Sequence record: NC_026927.1
Length of the DNA stretch: 64,000 nt
Strand: one strand, 5' to 3'
The notes under the pieces are model-generated. The model saw only the letters and a program-made list of their open reading frames with translations, was not told the DNA's origin and did no database searches. Below, in pieces: positions 27,092 through 36,508 of the stretch. The position numbers and the translations under genes are program-made. Within the stretch, counting starts at the first letter, position 1. Every line of letters begins with the position of its first letter.

Positions 27092-28258
27092 ATGAAGTTT
27101 CTAACAAATACAGGAAATATTGAAGGAATGACCGTGTTTAATCAGAATGAAGTTGATGCTAAGACCCAACCAATGTTTTTTGGTAAGCCTTTGGGGATAC
27201 AACGTTATGATACCTTCAAGTATCCTATCTTTGAGAAGCTAACTCAGCAACAATTAGGATACTTTTGGAAGCCAGAGGAAATCTCTCTTCAGAAAGACCG
27301 GTCAGACTATCAGAAACTACGTCCAGAGCAAAAGCACATCTTTACATCCAACCTAAAGTATCAGATTCTTCTAGATTCTGTACAGGGTCGCGGTCCTGGT
27401 ATGGCTTTTGCTCCTTATTGCTCTCTCCCAGAACTAGAGGGTTGTCTAAAGGCTTGGGAGTTTATGGAGATGATTCATAGTAGATCTTATACTCATATCA
27501 TCAAGAACCTATACCCAGATCCTTCTGAAGTATTTGATACTATTCTGACAGATGAAAAGATCCTTGAGCGAGCAAAGACGGTTACAGCGGCTTATAACGA
27601 ATTCATTAATGCCGCTCACGAATACGACAACGGCAACACATGGCAACACGCAAATGAAGACGTACCTGCGGCTCTTATCAACCGTTATGACCTTAAGCGT
27701 AAGCTTTACCGTGCTATGGCTAACGTTAATATCCTAGAGGGTATTCGTTTCTATGTTTCCTTTGCCTGTTCTTTCGCCTTTGGTGAGTTGAAGCAGATGG
27801 AGGCATCAGCCAAGATCATTTCACTCATTGCCCGTGACGAATCACAACACCTAGTTATTAGTCAGAACATTCTGAAGAACTGGAGGAATGGTGATGATCC
27901 TGATATGATCAAGATTGCTGAGGAACAGAAGCCTTGGTTGATTGAAACCTTCAAGTTGGCAGTGGATCAGGAGAAAGCCTGGGCGGAATACCTCTTTAAA
28001 GATGGTTCTATGATTGGTTTGAACGAGAAACTACTAGGAAACTATGTTGAGTGGATTGCTAACCGTCGTATGAAGGCTGTTGGTCTAGAACCCATCTACG
28101 ATATCGCAGCTAAGAACAACCCCCTCCCCTGGACAGAACACTGGTTGAACTCCAAGAGTGTTCAGGTTGCCCCTCAGGAGACTGAGATTACCTCCTATAT
28201 CGTTGGTAATGTGAACCAGGATGTGAAGTCTGATCAGTTTGCTAACTTCTCCCTATAA
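27092..28258 (+). CDS. nrdB: ribonucleotide reductase class Ia beta subunit
   Basis: FWKPEEI, EMIHSRSY, LEGIRFYVSF, RDESQH, PQETEI. Confidence 0.97.
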   Translation: MKFLTNTGNIEGMTVFNQNEVDAKTQPMFFGKPLGIQRYDTFKYPIFEKLTQQQLGYFWKPEEISLQKDRSDYQKLRPEQKHIFTSNLKYQILLDSVQGRGPGMAFAPYCSLPELEGCLKAWEFMEMIHSRSYTHIIKNLYPDPSEVFDTILTDEKILERAKTVTAAYNEFINAAHEYDNGNTWQHANEDVPAALINRYDLKRKLYRAMANVNILEGIRFYVSFACSFAFGELKQMEASAKIISLIARDESQHLVISQNILKNWRNGDDPDMIKIAEEQKPWLIETFKLAVDQEKAWAEYLFKDGSMIGLNEKLLGNYVEWIANRRMKAVGLEPIYDIAAKNNPLPWTEHWLNSKSVQVAPQETEITSYIVGNVNQDVKSDQFANFSL

Positions 28259-28263
28259 TTTGA

Positions 28264-28905
28264 ATGGAACTATATTATGAAAAGTTAGATAAGAATCTCT
28301 ATGTATTAGATGATTTCTTTACTATGGATGAATTCATGCCGTTACATGATGAACTACACGGCATGTACCATACTTTTTTGAGAAAGAGGGAGAGATATAC
28401 GGGTGGTGAAAACCCATATTGGTTTGCACTCAGTAAGAATGATACTCCAAATTCATCACCAAATAACGGACTCGGGGAAAATATGGTTTTCCTCGATAGA
28501 GCCACAAAGATAAGATGGGCAATAAACAAAATACTGAGACCTGATTTCTCCTTTTACCTGAAGAGAATCAATACTAACCTGCAATGGAAGTTTCAGGATT
28601 CATCTTTCCATTTAGATTCGTATAGTAATGAACTAGACGAGAAATACTGGGGTTGGACTTTCCTCGCCTGCACCCAAACGGATTGGGATTATGAGTGGGG
28701 AGGTGAGTTTGTGTGTCAGGTTGCAGACAGAACCTACAAAAACATCTCATATTCACCAAATAGGTGTATACTATTCAATGGGGATTGTTCCCATAGGGGA
28801 GCTGCCCCCAATATCTTTGCACGGGATGTTAGAACTACCGTAGCTTGGACATTTGTATCTGTGGACGCACATATAACCCCCGATGCAACTAGCTATATTC
28901 CCTAG
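28264..28905 (+). CDS. 2OG-Fe(II) oxygenase
   Basis: FHLD...WGGEF...PNRCILF.G...HRG...RTTVAW. Confidence 0.8.
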   Translation: MELYYEKLDKNLYVLDDFFTMDEFMPLHDELHGMYHTFLRKRERYTGGENPYWFALSKNDTPNSSPNNGLGENMVFLDRATKIRWAINKILRPDFSFYLKRINTNLQWKFQDSSFHLDSYSNELDEKYWGWTFLACTQTDWDYEWGGEFVCQVADRTYKNISYSPNRCILFNGDCSHRGAAPNIFARDVRTTVAWTFVSVDAHITPDATSYIP

Positions 28906-28952
28906 ATAGTCACGTCACATGATAGAATGACGTATATCACGAGGAGGATGTC

Positions 28953-29168
28953 ATGTCGAGTGAACCATTTCTTGAATGGATGGTGAAGCCGCCCATTTCA
29001 GATGAAGAGTTGATGTTGATTTGCCTAAAGAATGCCCCGTGTGGTACGAATAGGAAGCAAGCAATGAAATTGATCAGAGTGTTGGAAGTAAAGTTGGCGG
29101 AACCTACGGGATTTGCTAATATATTTCCACAACCCAAACCAGGTGGGGAGTCTGATTATGCTGGGTAA
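28953..29168 (+). CDS. hypothetical protein
   Basis: GAGGAGG SD; 71 aa. Confidence 0.7.
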   Translation: MSSEPFLEWMVKPPISDEELMLICLKNAPCGTNRKQAMKLIRVLEVKLAEPTGFANIFPQPKPGGESDYAG

Positions 29169-29286
29169 TGTTTTACTTTGGATATCAATTCCCTTTGTAG
29201 TTGCTACCATATTCTTTGGTATCTACAGAGGTGAAAATTATTATTATGAGAGTAGTGACTATGATGGAAATGGAACATCGCATTAA
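29158..29286 (+). CDS. small membrane protein (42 aa)
   Basis: own translation MLGNVLLWISIPFVVATIFFG...YDGNGTSH; GGGGAG SD. Confidence 0.6.
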   Translation: MLGNVLLWISIPFVVATIFFGIYRGENYYYESSDYDGNGTSH

Positions 29287-29479
29287 GATGCGTTACGAAT
29301 TCGCTATGAGTTCGTTCGCTAGAATGTACGGAGTGAGAGCTGTTTCTGGATCAGGGCACCATGTCAAATTCTGCAAAAGGTGGGCAGATACTAGTGTTGA
29401 GGAAGCTCCTAATGGAACTCTAACTGAAGTTGATTTCTACTTCAGGGATTTGTGGGACATTTGGGGGGAGTATATATAA
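29261..29479 (+). CDS. hypothetical protein
   Basis: RYEFAMSSFARMYG...; start uncertain. Confidence 0.6.
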   Translation: MMEMEHRIKMRYEFAMSSFARMYGVRAVSGSGHHVKFCKRWADTSVEEAPNGTLTEVDFYFRDLWDIWGEYI

Positions 29480-29570
29480 TGAGAACATATATTCCAGCGT
29501 TTTTCATACTAACCTTTGTGATAGTATTTGTTACTTGGGGATTGAATAACGCCTACCCATAAAATTACAT

Positions 29571-29714
29571 ATGATTGCTTCGTATAAGAAACTCGAAACG
29601 GAAAACTTCATGTTGCGTTTGGAAGTCGAGAGACTACGAATGGCACTACAAGAGACCCAAAACGAGTGGTCACACCCAGAGTCTTGTGTTAGAAAACAAA
29701 GTCTCTGGAAATAG
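29571..29714 (+). CDS. small hypothetical protein (47 aa)
   Basis: own translation MIASYKKLETENFMLRLEVERL...; followed by a terminator. Confidence 0.5.
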   Translation: MIASYKKLETENFMLRLEVERLRMALQETQNEWSHPESCVRKQSLWK

Positions 29715-29717
29715 GTT

Positions 29718-29746
29718 AGGGGGGTGGTTGCCACCTCCCTTTTTTT
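29718..29746 (+). terminator. intrinsic terminator
   Basis: AGGGGGGTGG-TTG-CCACCTCCCT then T-run. Confidence 0.75.
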
Positions 29747-29823
29747 GTGCTATAATACCTTTGTGAAGGGAAACAGGGGTTGCTTAGCATCTAAATACTT
29801 AATGAGAGGAGTTATCATTTAAT

Positions 29824-29958
29824 ATGGCATACAGAGTTTGGCATTCACCAATAAAGAGTATTATCCTACAAACCTATGAGGAGGTAGTTGTATACTATGC
29901 AATGCAAAGAGCAGCACATAACACTACTCCAGAAGGTTGGGAAGAAGTTGCTGCATAG
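29824..29958 (+). CDS. small hypothetical protein (44 aa)
   Basis: GAGGAG SD, CTAAATA upstream; own translation MAYRVWHSPIK... Confidence 0.5.
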   Translation: MAYRVWHSPIKSIILQTYEEVVVYYAMQRAAHNTTPEGWEEVAA

Positions 29959-29981
29959 ATATGGTAGAATGATTATGTTAT

Positions 29982-30422
29982 GTGAAAGAAGTAAATTATG
30001 AGAACCCATGGATATATCTGGAGAGACCTTTCACTGATGATGATATTCTGGACTACTTTGGTTTTGTTTATCGTATTACCAATAAGACAACAGGGAGGAA
30101 GTACCTGGGAAGAAAGGTATTTTGGTTCCACAGAAAGCCTCCTGGTAAGAAACGAAGGGTAAAGAAACCATCAGACTGGAAGAAGTACTATGGATCCAGT
30201 GATGAACTTAAAGCAGATATTCAACTCTTAGGGAAAGATATCTTCACCAGGGAGATTATATCATTGCATAAGACCCTAGGAAAGACAAACTTTGCAGAGA
30301 CAGAAGCACTCTTCCAATACAAAGTATTGACAGAGAAACTTGACGATGGGTCTCCAATGTATTATAATGCGAATATACTTTCGAGATACTACAGGAAAGA
30401 CTACTTTGATTATGAGGACTAA
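29982..30422 (+). CDS. GIY-YIG family endonuclease (endonuclease II-like)
   Basis: GFVYRITN..TGRKYLGRK...DWKKYYGSS...REII. Confidence 0.8.
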   Translation: MKEVNYENPWIYLERPFTDDDILDYFGFVYRITNKTTGRKYLGRKVFWFHRKPPGKKRRVKKPSDWKKYYGSSDELKADIQLLGKDIFTREIISLHKTLGKTNFAETEALFQYKVLTEKLDDGSPMYYNANILSRYYRKDYFDYED

Positions 30423-31510
30423 TGAGTTATTTTACTGATCGTTTTGGTGATACCTATAAGGTTATCCGTAACTATATCTCTAGTGAAGAAGCAAATACTT
30501 TAGGAGAGAACTATAAAGAGTTTGTATCTACTGATGGGGTGCCTACAGAGGCAACCATGATTACTTCGAATGCATATGATTTCTACAACCGACCTGAACA
30601 GGTAGCACTACTATCAGAGAAAGTATCACATATTAATGAACTATTAGGTAAGAAAGTTCTTCCTGCCTATTCCTTTGTTAGACAATACGGAGTTGGATCC
30701 TTTCTAGGCAAACATACGGACAGAAAGTCCTGTGAGGTATCTCTGAGTATCCACCTATGTGGTGATAAGGAATGGCCGTTCTGTATAGAGGATAAGGAAG
30801 GAAACCCCGTAGAACTCATCCTACACCCCGGAGATGCAGTTCTATATGATGCACCTAATGCAACTCACTGGAGAGAAGAATACGATGGTGAGTTCTATAT
30901 TCAAACCTTTCATCACTATGTAACTTTAGGTGGTGAGTATGAGAATCTATTCTTTGATAATAATGATAAAGAATTCTCACTAACCAATTATATTAAACAA
31001 TATAAGGAATCAGTACCTCCTGATATCTGTGATATGATTGTTAAATACGCAGAACAATTCCCCAATAGGTGGGAAAATGCTACTACTATACAATCTATAA
31101 AAGATAATACTACTGATACTAGGATATGTGAGAGTTGGAATGTTTTACCAACTGATAGTATTGATGATGTTGTTTATAAGTATATAACTGAAGCATCTTC
31201 TAAGTTCTGTAATACCTTCCCACACTTTAATCTTACTCAGGACACTGGATATCAGATTTTAAGATACAAACCAGGTGGTAAGTATGACTACCATACAGAT
31301 CAACATGCCACTTATAACAGGGAAGTTACTATTATTCTAAACCTTAATGATGACTACGAAGGTGGTAACCTATGTCACATTAAAGACAACCATATGATAA
31401 AGATGGGTAAGGGTGATATCATTATTTTCCCTGCTAACTTTATGTACCCACATCGTATTACTCCCATAACATCTGGTGTTAGGTATTCTATTGTGACTTG
31501 GGCAGTCTAA
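30422..31510 (+). CDS. tandem two-domain 2OG-Fe(II) oxygenase
   Basis: domain 1 HTDR..CEVS...HWRE; domain 2 HTDQ...LNDDYEGG...PHRI...RYSIV. Confidence 0.88.
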   Translation: MSYFTDRFGDTYKVIRNYISSEEANTLGENYKEFVSTDGVPTEATMITSNAYDFYNRPEQVALLSEKVSHINELLGKKVLPAYSFVRQYGVGSFLGKHTDRKSCEVSLSIHLCGDKEWPFCIEDKEGNPVELILHPGDAVLYDAPNATHWREEYDGEFYIQTFHHYVTLGGEYENLFFDNNDKEFSLTNYIKQYKESVPPDICDMIVKYAEQFPNRWENATTIQSIKDNTTDTRICESWNVLPTDSIDDVVYKYITEASSKFCNTFPHFNLTQDTGYQILRYKPGGKYDYHTDQHATYNREVTIILNLNDDYEGGNLCHIKDNHMIKMGKGDIIIFPANFMYPHRITPITSGVRYSIVTWAV

Positions 31511-31532
31511 ATACTCTGTTATTTCGGTTACA

Positions 31533-32753
31533 GTGATGAGAATTGATTTCAGTAACTTTTTCCAATACTATGATGGTGATCTAAAGAACCATGTAGAATC
31601 AATTGCTCTACTAGAGCGTGAGATTGAAAAGGTTGCTCCCCATCTCCTCCAGGACGAAGCAGAATGGGTTAAGGTATATCGTAATACTGCTGAGGTTGAG
31701 AAACCAGATAAGGTTATTGCCCTACCCGTACCCTACTTCCCCCAGACAGATAACTACACACAACCAGAGAGGACTTGTAACTCCTCCTCCTGTGCTATGT
31801 GTCTAGAATACTTTAGACCTGGGACTCTAGTTGGTTCTAAAGGTGATGACGCGTATATCAGAAAGGTATTTGCTGTAGGAGATACCACAGACCACTCAGT
31901 TCAAACTAAAGTTCTAGCAGACTATGGTGTAGATTCTGAGTTCAACTATTCACTCAGTTTTGATAACCTAGATCACGAACTTGAGAACAAGAGACCTGTT
32001 GTGATTGGTATCCTCCACAGAGGAAGCCTAGCACACCCCACAGGGGGTCATATGGTGGTTGTGATAGGTAAGACGGCAGAAGGTGATTACATCTGTCACG
32101 ACCCCTACGGAGACCTTAACGACGGATATACAACCAATGTATATAACGGTCAGTCTGTTGTGTATAAGAGAAACGTTCTAGAGGCTAGATGGACTCCTGA
32201 CGGTCCTACGAGTGGTTGGGGGCGTACTTTCCAGGCGAAAGTAACCGCAAAAAAGTCTGAGGAGGGTAAGTTGCCCTCCGCTGGTGTTGAACTTATCAAA
32301 GAGTTTGAAGGACTTCATGTTCTAAAATCTGATGGAATGATCCATGCTTATCCTGACCCTCTATCTGGTGGTGAACCCTGGACTATTGGTTGGGGTTCTA
32401 CTAGGGATCTTGATGGATCAGCATTCCATCCTGGAGATAAGATCACCAGAGAGAAAGCAGACATCCTCCTAGAGGAACAACTCAGAAGGGATTATCTTTC
32501 TAAGTTAGAACAAACCATCCCCTATTGGGATGAGATGAATGACAACCAGCATGGTGCTCTACTCAGTTTTGGGTATAACCTAGGAGCCAGTTTCTATGGA
32601 AGTCCTGATTTTAACACAATAACCCGTGTTTTGCGAGACAAAGAGTGGAATAAAGTCCCCGACGCGTTATACTTGTATCGTAACCCCGGAACTCCTGTAG
32701 AGGAGGGTCTTTCTAGACGACGGATTGCAGAAGGAGAACTTTGGGAGAGCTGA
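31533..32753 (+). CDS. modular endolysin-like protein: C39-like peptidase plus GH24 lysozyme
   Basis: QTDN...RTCNSSSCAM...GHMVVVIG...HDPYG; C-terminal LIKEFEG...AYPD...WTIGWG...GLSRRR.AE. Confidence 0.85.
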   Translation: MMRIDFSNFFQYYDGDLKNHVESIALLEREIEKVAPHLLQDEAEWVKVYRNTAEVEKPDKVIALPVPYFPQTDNYTQPERTCNSSSCAMCLEYFRPGTLVGSKGDDAYIRKVFAVGDTTDHSVQTKVLADYGVDSEFNYSLSFDNLDHELENKRPVVIGILHRGSLAHPTGGHMVVVIGKTAEGDYICHDPYGDLNDGYTTNVYNGQSVVYKRNVLEARWTPDGPTSGWGRTFQAKVTAKKSEEGKLPSAGVELIKEFEGLHVLKSDGMIHAYPDPLSGGEPWTIGWGSTRDLDGSAFHPGDKITREKADILLEEQLRRDYLSKLEQTIPYWDEMNDNQHGALLSFGYNLGASFYGSPDFNTITRVLRDKEWNKVPDALYLYRNPGTPVEEGLSRRRIAEGELWES

Positions 32754-33173
32754 ATGATTGCACTTGATATATTCTGTGACTGGTTCACTGGGAGATGGAA
32801 CAACCGTGCTCAGGCACATTCCAACCCCAGAGGTCAGGCATATGTGATGGCTAGACACGATAGGATATCAGACACAGAGTTTCGATGTGTTTATCACTAC
32901 CATAGGGATAAGACCCCTTATAGGGACTTTACCCTGAATATCAACGGACATGATAGTGATATTATTCTGTCTGATAAGGAAACCAGGTTAGTTTATTCTT
33001 TATATAACGGAGCGTATACCTGTCACTTTGATAAGATAATTAAAGGAAAAAGATATGTATTTGATTCTGTATTAGCGAATACTTTCTATAAACTTAATGA
33101 TCAGTGTTTTGATGGAACCCGATTAGTTCGGGGTCTAGAAACCGGTGAGTTTTATGACTTTAGAAAGGAATAA
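32754..33173 (+). CDS. cpeT: CpeT/CpcT-like phycobilin lyase
   Basis: F.DWFTGRWNNRAQA...H.RI...TPYR pattern of T-type lyases. Confidence 0.6.
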   Translation: MIALDIFCDWFTGRWNNRAQAHSNPRGQAYVMARHDRISDTEFRCVYHYHRDKTPYRDFTLNINGHDSDIILSDKETRLVYSLYNGAYTCHFDKIIKGKRYVFDSVLANTFYKLNDQCFDGTRLVRGLETGEFYDFRKE

Positions 33174-33175
33174 TA

Positions 33176-33340
33176 TTATCTAATCCCCACCCACCAGTCG
33201 CGAGCACAGTTTGCGATTTGTTCTGCGGTGGGGTTTTCTACGCGGATAATCTCAGAGCACTCATCTATCATTTCCTCTAGATGTTTATTGCAGGTAGCGA
33301 GATCGTTCATTTGCTTGTGCCTTGATATTTTCGCAGTCAT
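33176..33340 (-). CDS. small hypothetical protein on the minus strand (54 aa)
   Basis: MTAKISRHKQMND...; minus-strand CTAAATA at 33371-33377 upstream; fills an otherwise empty gap. Confidence 0.5.
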   Translation of the reverse strand: MTAKISRHKQMNDLATCNKHLEEMIDECSEIIRVENPTAEQIANCARDWWVGIR

Positions 33341-33501
33341 GAGAATACTAACAATGATCACATATAGAGTTATTTAGTTCTCAGAGAACTCTCAGTTGTG
33401 GGAAATGTGTAATGTGATATAATGTAAATATCTTCATATTTTCTTCATATACATAATGAAGAAACTATTAAGTTTCACATTGTCGTTTGTAAATTAAAGT
33501 T

Positions 33502-34146
33502 TTGGATTCCAATAAGAGATCGATTATTAGAAAACTAGCAGCTATTGCTGCGATTGGCTTCGTGGGTATTCCCGCTGGAGCTGGTCTAATCCCTACTCTA
33601 GAACAGTTTCAAGAAGAAAATGGATATGGTACTGAGGAAGTAGTAGAGGATACAACTGAAGAGGTAGTAGAAGAAGTAGCAATGACAAGGCGTTGGGTTC
33701 TTCCCAATGGAACACATAATGAGAAGATAGTACTCAGTGCCCTACAGGATAGGGGTATTACTGATAAAGTTGCTCTAGCAGTTGTTTTAGGTAACATCAA
33801 ACAGGAGTCACGATTCCATTCCAATATCTGTGAGGGTGGTGCAAGAGTTAACTATCATGGTTGTAGATATGGTGGTTATGGTCTTATCCAATGGACTACT
33901 TCAGATAGATATAGAGGACTTGGACACTACGCTTCTAGGATTGGTGGTGATCCTTCCAGTGTAGAAACTCAGGTTGGATATATCTTCAGAGAGAGGCAGT
34001 GGTTAGACATTGAATCATCCCTCAAAAGAAATGGTCATAGTGTTGGTTACTACATGAATAGGGCATATTACTGGTTGGGATGGGGTCACCATGGAGCCAG
34101 AACCCACTACTCACATGACTATGCTGCTCGTCTCATCTTTAAATAA
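33502..34146 (+). CDS. phage tail-type lysozyme / cell wall hydrolase with N-terminal signal or TM segment
   Basis: ALAVVLGNIKQESRF...GYGLIQWT...R...Q. Confidence 0.7.
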   Translation: MDSNKRSIIRKLAAIAAIGFVGIPAGAGLIPTLEQFQEENGYGTEEVVEDTTEEVVEEVAMTRRWVLPNGTHNEKIVLSALQDRGITDKVALAVVLGNIKQESRFHSNICEGGARVNYHGCRYGGYGLIQWTTSDRYRGLGHYASRIGGDPSSVETQVGYIFRERQWLDIESSLKRNGHSVGYYMNRAYYWLGWGHHGARTHYSHDYAARLIFK

Positions 34147-34160
34147 ATAGATGAAACCCA

Positions 34161-34556
34161 ATGAAAGTCCCAGAGTTTAAAGTCAGTTTTCAGTTTGGTA
34201 AGAAGAAGAAAAACCCCCTACGTCTATACATTATAGGGGCAGTTTTGAGCTTTGTTATCGATATGATACATACTTTTATGAGGGTTCCCACAAAGGACCT
34301 CTGGGCTTTGGTTGACGAATTGGGAAAAGAGCTTAGAATAGAAGATATCAATGAGCTCGTTTTGAATAGTCCCGAACTACTACAGGCTAGAATCGAACGA
34401 GAAGTTGATGGAGCTATTGAGGACCATCTTAAAGAAACAGGTCACAAAGACCCAGAGATTGAATCAGTATTTACTGAAACACTAAAGGGAGAAACCCCCT
34501 TAGGTGGTGAACTAAGAATCCGTGGTAAGTGGGTTCCTGAAAATAAGGAGGACTAA
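34161..34556 (+). CDS. hypothetical protein with N-terminal TM segment
   Basis: 131 aa; TAAATA upstream. Confidence 0.7.
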   Translation: MKVPEFKVSFQFGKKKKNPLRLYIIGAVLSFVIDMIHTFMRVPTKDLWALVDELGKELRIEDINELVLNSPELLQARIEREVDGAIEDHLKETGHKDPEIESVFTETLKGETPLGGELRIRGKWVPENKED

Positions 34557-34717
34557 TGAAACGACACAACAAAGTGATGCACCTTATCCGTGAGTCTCTT
34601 CGTAACCCAGAAGCATATTCTGAGGAAGAGATTACATATATGAGAGAGCAACTCAAACTACTGGAGGGTGAGAAGGAAACTATTAAACGGGAGAAGAATC
34701 GTGGATTTGGATCTTAA
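34556..34717 (+). CDS. small hypothetical protein (53 aa)
   Basis: TAATG coupling, GGAGG SD; own translation MKRHNKVMHLIRESL... Confidence 0.6.
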   Translation: MKRHNKVMHLIRESLRNPEAYSEEEITYMREQLKLLEGEKETIKREKNRGFGS

Positions 34718-35147
34718 ATTCATTGGAGATGAGTGTCTTAGGAAACCATCAGTAAATGTTGAAGATATCACAGAGGATGTGGTAACTTTATCCAAGGCAA
34801 TGAAACAGAAGATGGTTGAGTGTAATGGTATTGGTCTAGCAGCCCCACAGGTTGGTAGGAATATCAGACTTATAGTTGTGCGACTAATGTGTGGTATGAC
34901 TGTGGAGATGATTAATCCACGCATCAGTTGGACTTCTGATGACAGATGCATACTTGATGAAGGTTGTCTTAGTATCCCTGGAAAAACACACCCTGTTGAG
35001 AGGTATAAATCCATCAGAGTTAAATTTCAGGACATTACAGGACAACATAAATATTGGAAATTATCTAAGATGGACGCACGAGTGGTTCTACATGAGTATG
35101 ATCATTTGGAAGGTTTATTGATGGTTGATTACCAGAAGACTGGTTAA
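34701..35147 (+). CDS. def: peptide deformylase
   Basis: all three PDF motifs GIGLAAPQVG, EGCLS, HEYDH; start moved to GTG 34701. Confidence 0.95.
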   Translation: MDLDLKFIGDECLRKPSVNVEDITEDVVTLSKAMKQKMVECNGIGLAAPQVGRNIRLIVVRLMCGMTVEMINPRISWTSDDRCILDEGCLSIPGKTHPVERYKSIRVKFQDITGQHKYWKLSKMDARVVLHEYDHLEGLLMVDYQKTG

Positions 35148-35163
35148 CTTTATAGTATTAACA

Positions 35164-35355
35164 ATGATTATGAAAACGAAGAGAGAGCGTCTTGAAGATG
35201 TCATTATGGAATATCTAGATGAAGAATACTCGTCTCGACGTATCTACGAAGAATTCTTATCAGTAATGATGAATGAATGTCAAGGTAGGGAGGAGGCATC
35301 TAAGAAAGCCTTAGAACTTAGAGACTTGATGTTAGGTGATAGACCTGTATTTTAA
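35164..35355 (+). CDS. hypothetical protein
   Basis: RERLEDVIMEYLD...; start uncertain (35164 or 35170). Confidence 0.6.
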   Translation: MIMKTKRERLEDVIMEYLDEEYSSRRIYEEFLSVMMNECQGREEASKKALELRDLMLGDRPVF

Positions 35356-35373
35356 CAAAGGAGATTATCAATT

Positions 35374-35685
35374 ATGACTAAAGAAGTTAGCGATTTGAAA
35401 CTCACACGACTTGAGTGTGTGAAGTGTGGCGCCACTTGGATCAATGGTAATCATGTATGGAAGACTGGTAATACTGGAAGTGAAACCGATCTAGCTGGGT
35501 TAGTTTGCAATAAACTAGGTGATGACGATTGCATCAACCCCCTAAGGGGTGCTGAGACAGGTGACACTTGGGAACAACGCCTTGGTGACCTGGATACTGG
35601 ATTCAATGCAAGGAGAGAGCGTCTAGAAGACCAGAGAGCAAGGTTCAAAGAACAATATGGGGAAGACCCTCACTTTGACGATTGA
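35374..35685 (+). CDS. hypothetical protein with four Cys
   Basis: AGGAG SD; CVKCGATWING...GLVC...CINP. Confidence 0.75.
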   Translation: MTKEVSDLKLTRLECVKCGATWINGNHVWKTGNTGSETDLAGLVCNKLGDDDCINPLRGAETGDTWEQRLGDLDTGFNARRERLEDQRARFKEQYGEDPHFDD

Positions 35686-35702
35686 GGAAGTGGCACACCC
35701 CC

Positions 35703-35731
35703 TAGGCAAACCTATGGGGATGCGTTATAAT
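35703..35731 (+). promoter_or_regulatory. sigma70-type promoter
   Basis: TAGGCA-17nt-TATAAT. Confidence 0.55.
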
Positions 35732-35753
35732 ATGAAGGTAATCAACCAGAGAG

Positions 35754-35969
35754 ATGACACAGCTTAAAACAAAGTTCCGCAGGTATATCGGTGTTCTCAC
35801 TGAAGCCGTATCTCGTTCCATCGAGTTAGACTACTCACAACCCAAACTCTATAAGAAGGTCCGAAGGTTCTATGAGGAACAGGGAGTCTCCTTCACTGGA
35901 GACGAGGTAGATGACTACCAAATTGTTATGGATTGTTTAACTGAAGATCTAGTAAAGGAGCCAGTATGA
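35754..35969 (+). CDS. hypothetical protein
   Basis: 71 aa, ATGA overlap with the next ORF. Confidence 0.7.
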   Translation: MTQLKTKFRRYIGVLTEAVSRSIELDYSQPKLYKKVRRFYEEQGVSFTGDEVDDYQIVMDCLTEDLVKEPV

Positions 35970-36202
35970 AGACTATTCTTGAGAGAGAAGGTTTCCGTTT
36001 CATTGAGAAAGGTATTATTGAACTCAATGGAATGCCAGACTACCGACTACAGAAACAAGATCACTATTCCCAACGATGGAATGATGTTTATCTCTTCGAT
36101 AACAAGATGCAGTGTCTAACTGCTATGGAAGATATCGAATATTGCAAGTGGTTGTGTGGTGAGCCATGTTATGTTCGTGATGTTGTTGGTTCTTATTCGT
36201 AG
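35966..36202 (+). CDS. hypothetical protein
   Basis: AAGGAG SD; 78 aa. Confidence 0.7.
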   Translation: MKTILEREGFRFIEKGIIELNGMPDYRLQKQDHYSQRWNDVYLFDNKMQCLTAMEDIEYCKWLCGEPCYVRDVVGSYS

Positions 36203-36433
36203 ATGAAAACCACATCCTTCCTAAGGTATCTTGGAAATACCTTACTAGTGTTGGGTCATTTCACACTCCTTTGGGGGGATACACAGACCGCCTTGACTAT
36301 CAAAATCATAGGTGGTCTTTCTTTGTTACCCTTTGCCATCTCCTGGAAGTTGTGGGATGTTGTGGCACTTGAGTTAATATTTGGAGGTATGGATGTAACC
36401 AAGTTCATCCAGCTGGTGTTTTCTAACTCCTAG
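36203..36433 (+). CDS. small membrane protein
   Basis: several hydrophobic segments; abuts the upstream stop. Confidence 0.65.
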   Translation: MKTTSFLRYLGNTLLVLGHFTLLWGDTQTALTIKIIGGLSLLPFAISWKLWDVVALELIFGGMDVTKFIQLVFSNS

Positions 36434-36474
36434 GGTTTCTTTATTCCCTTACAAAGATGAAGTGGCGCACCTGA

Positions 36475-36503
36475 TTGGCAAACCCAAAAATATGTGTTAT
36501 ACT
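36475..36503 (+). promoter_or_regulatory. sigma70-type promoter
   Basis: TTGGCA-17nt-TATACT with TGTG extension. Confidence 0.7.
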
Positions 36504-36508
36504 GGGTA

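Noticed and set aside
24188-27737. Overlapping and antisense ORFs within gp61, nrdA and nrdB (e.g. 25324-25669, 26443-26917)
   Set aside because: Shadow frames of conserved genes with no SD, promoter or recognisable motif.
33457-33498. 13-codon upstream ORF (MKKLLSFTLSFVN) before the tail-type lysozyme
   Set aside because: Too short and AT-rich to distinguish from chance, with no SD support.
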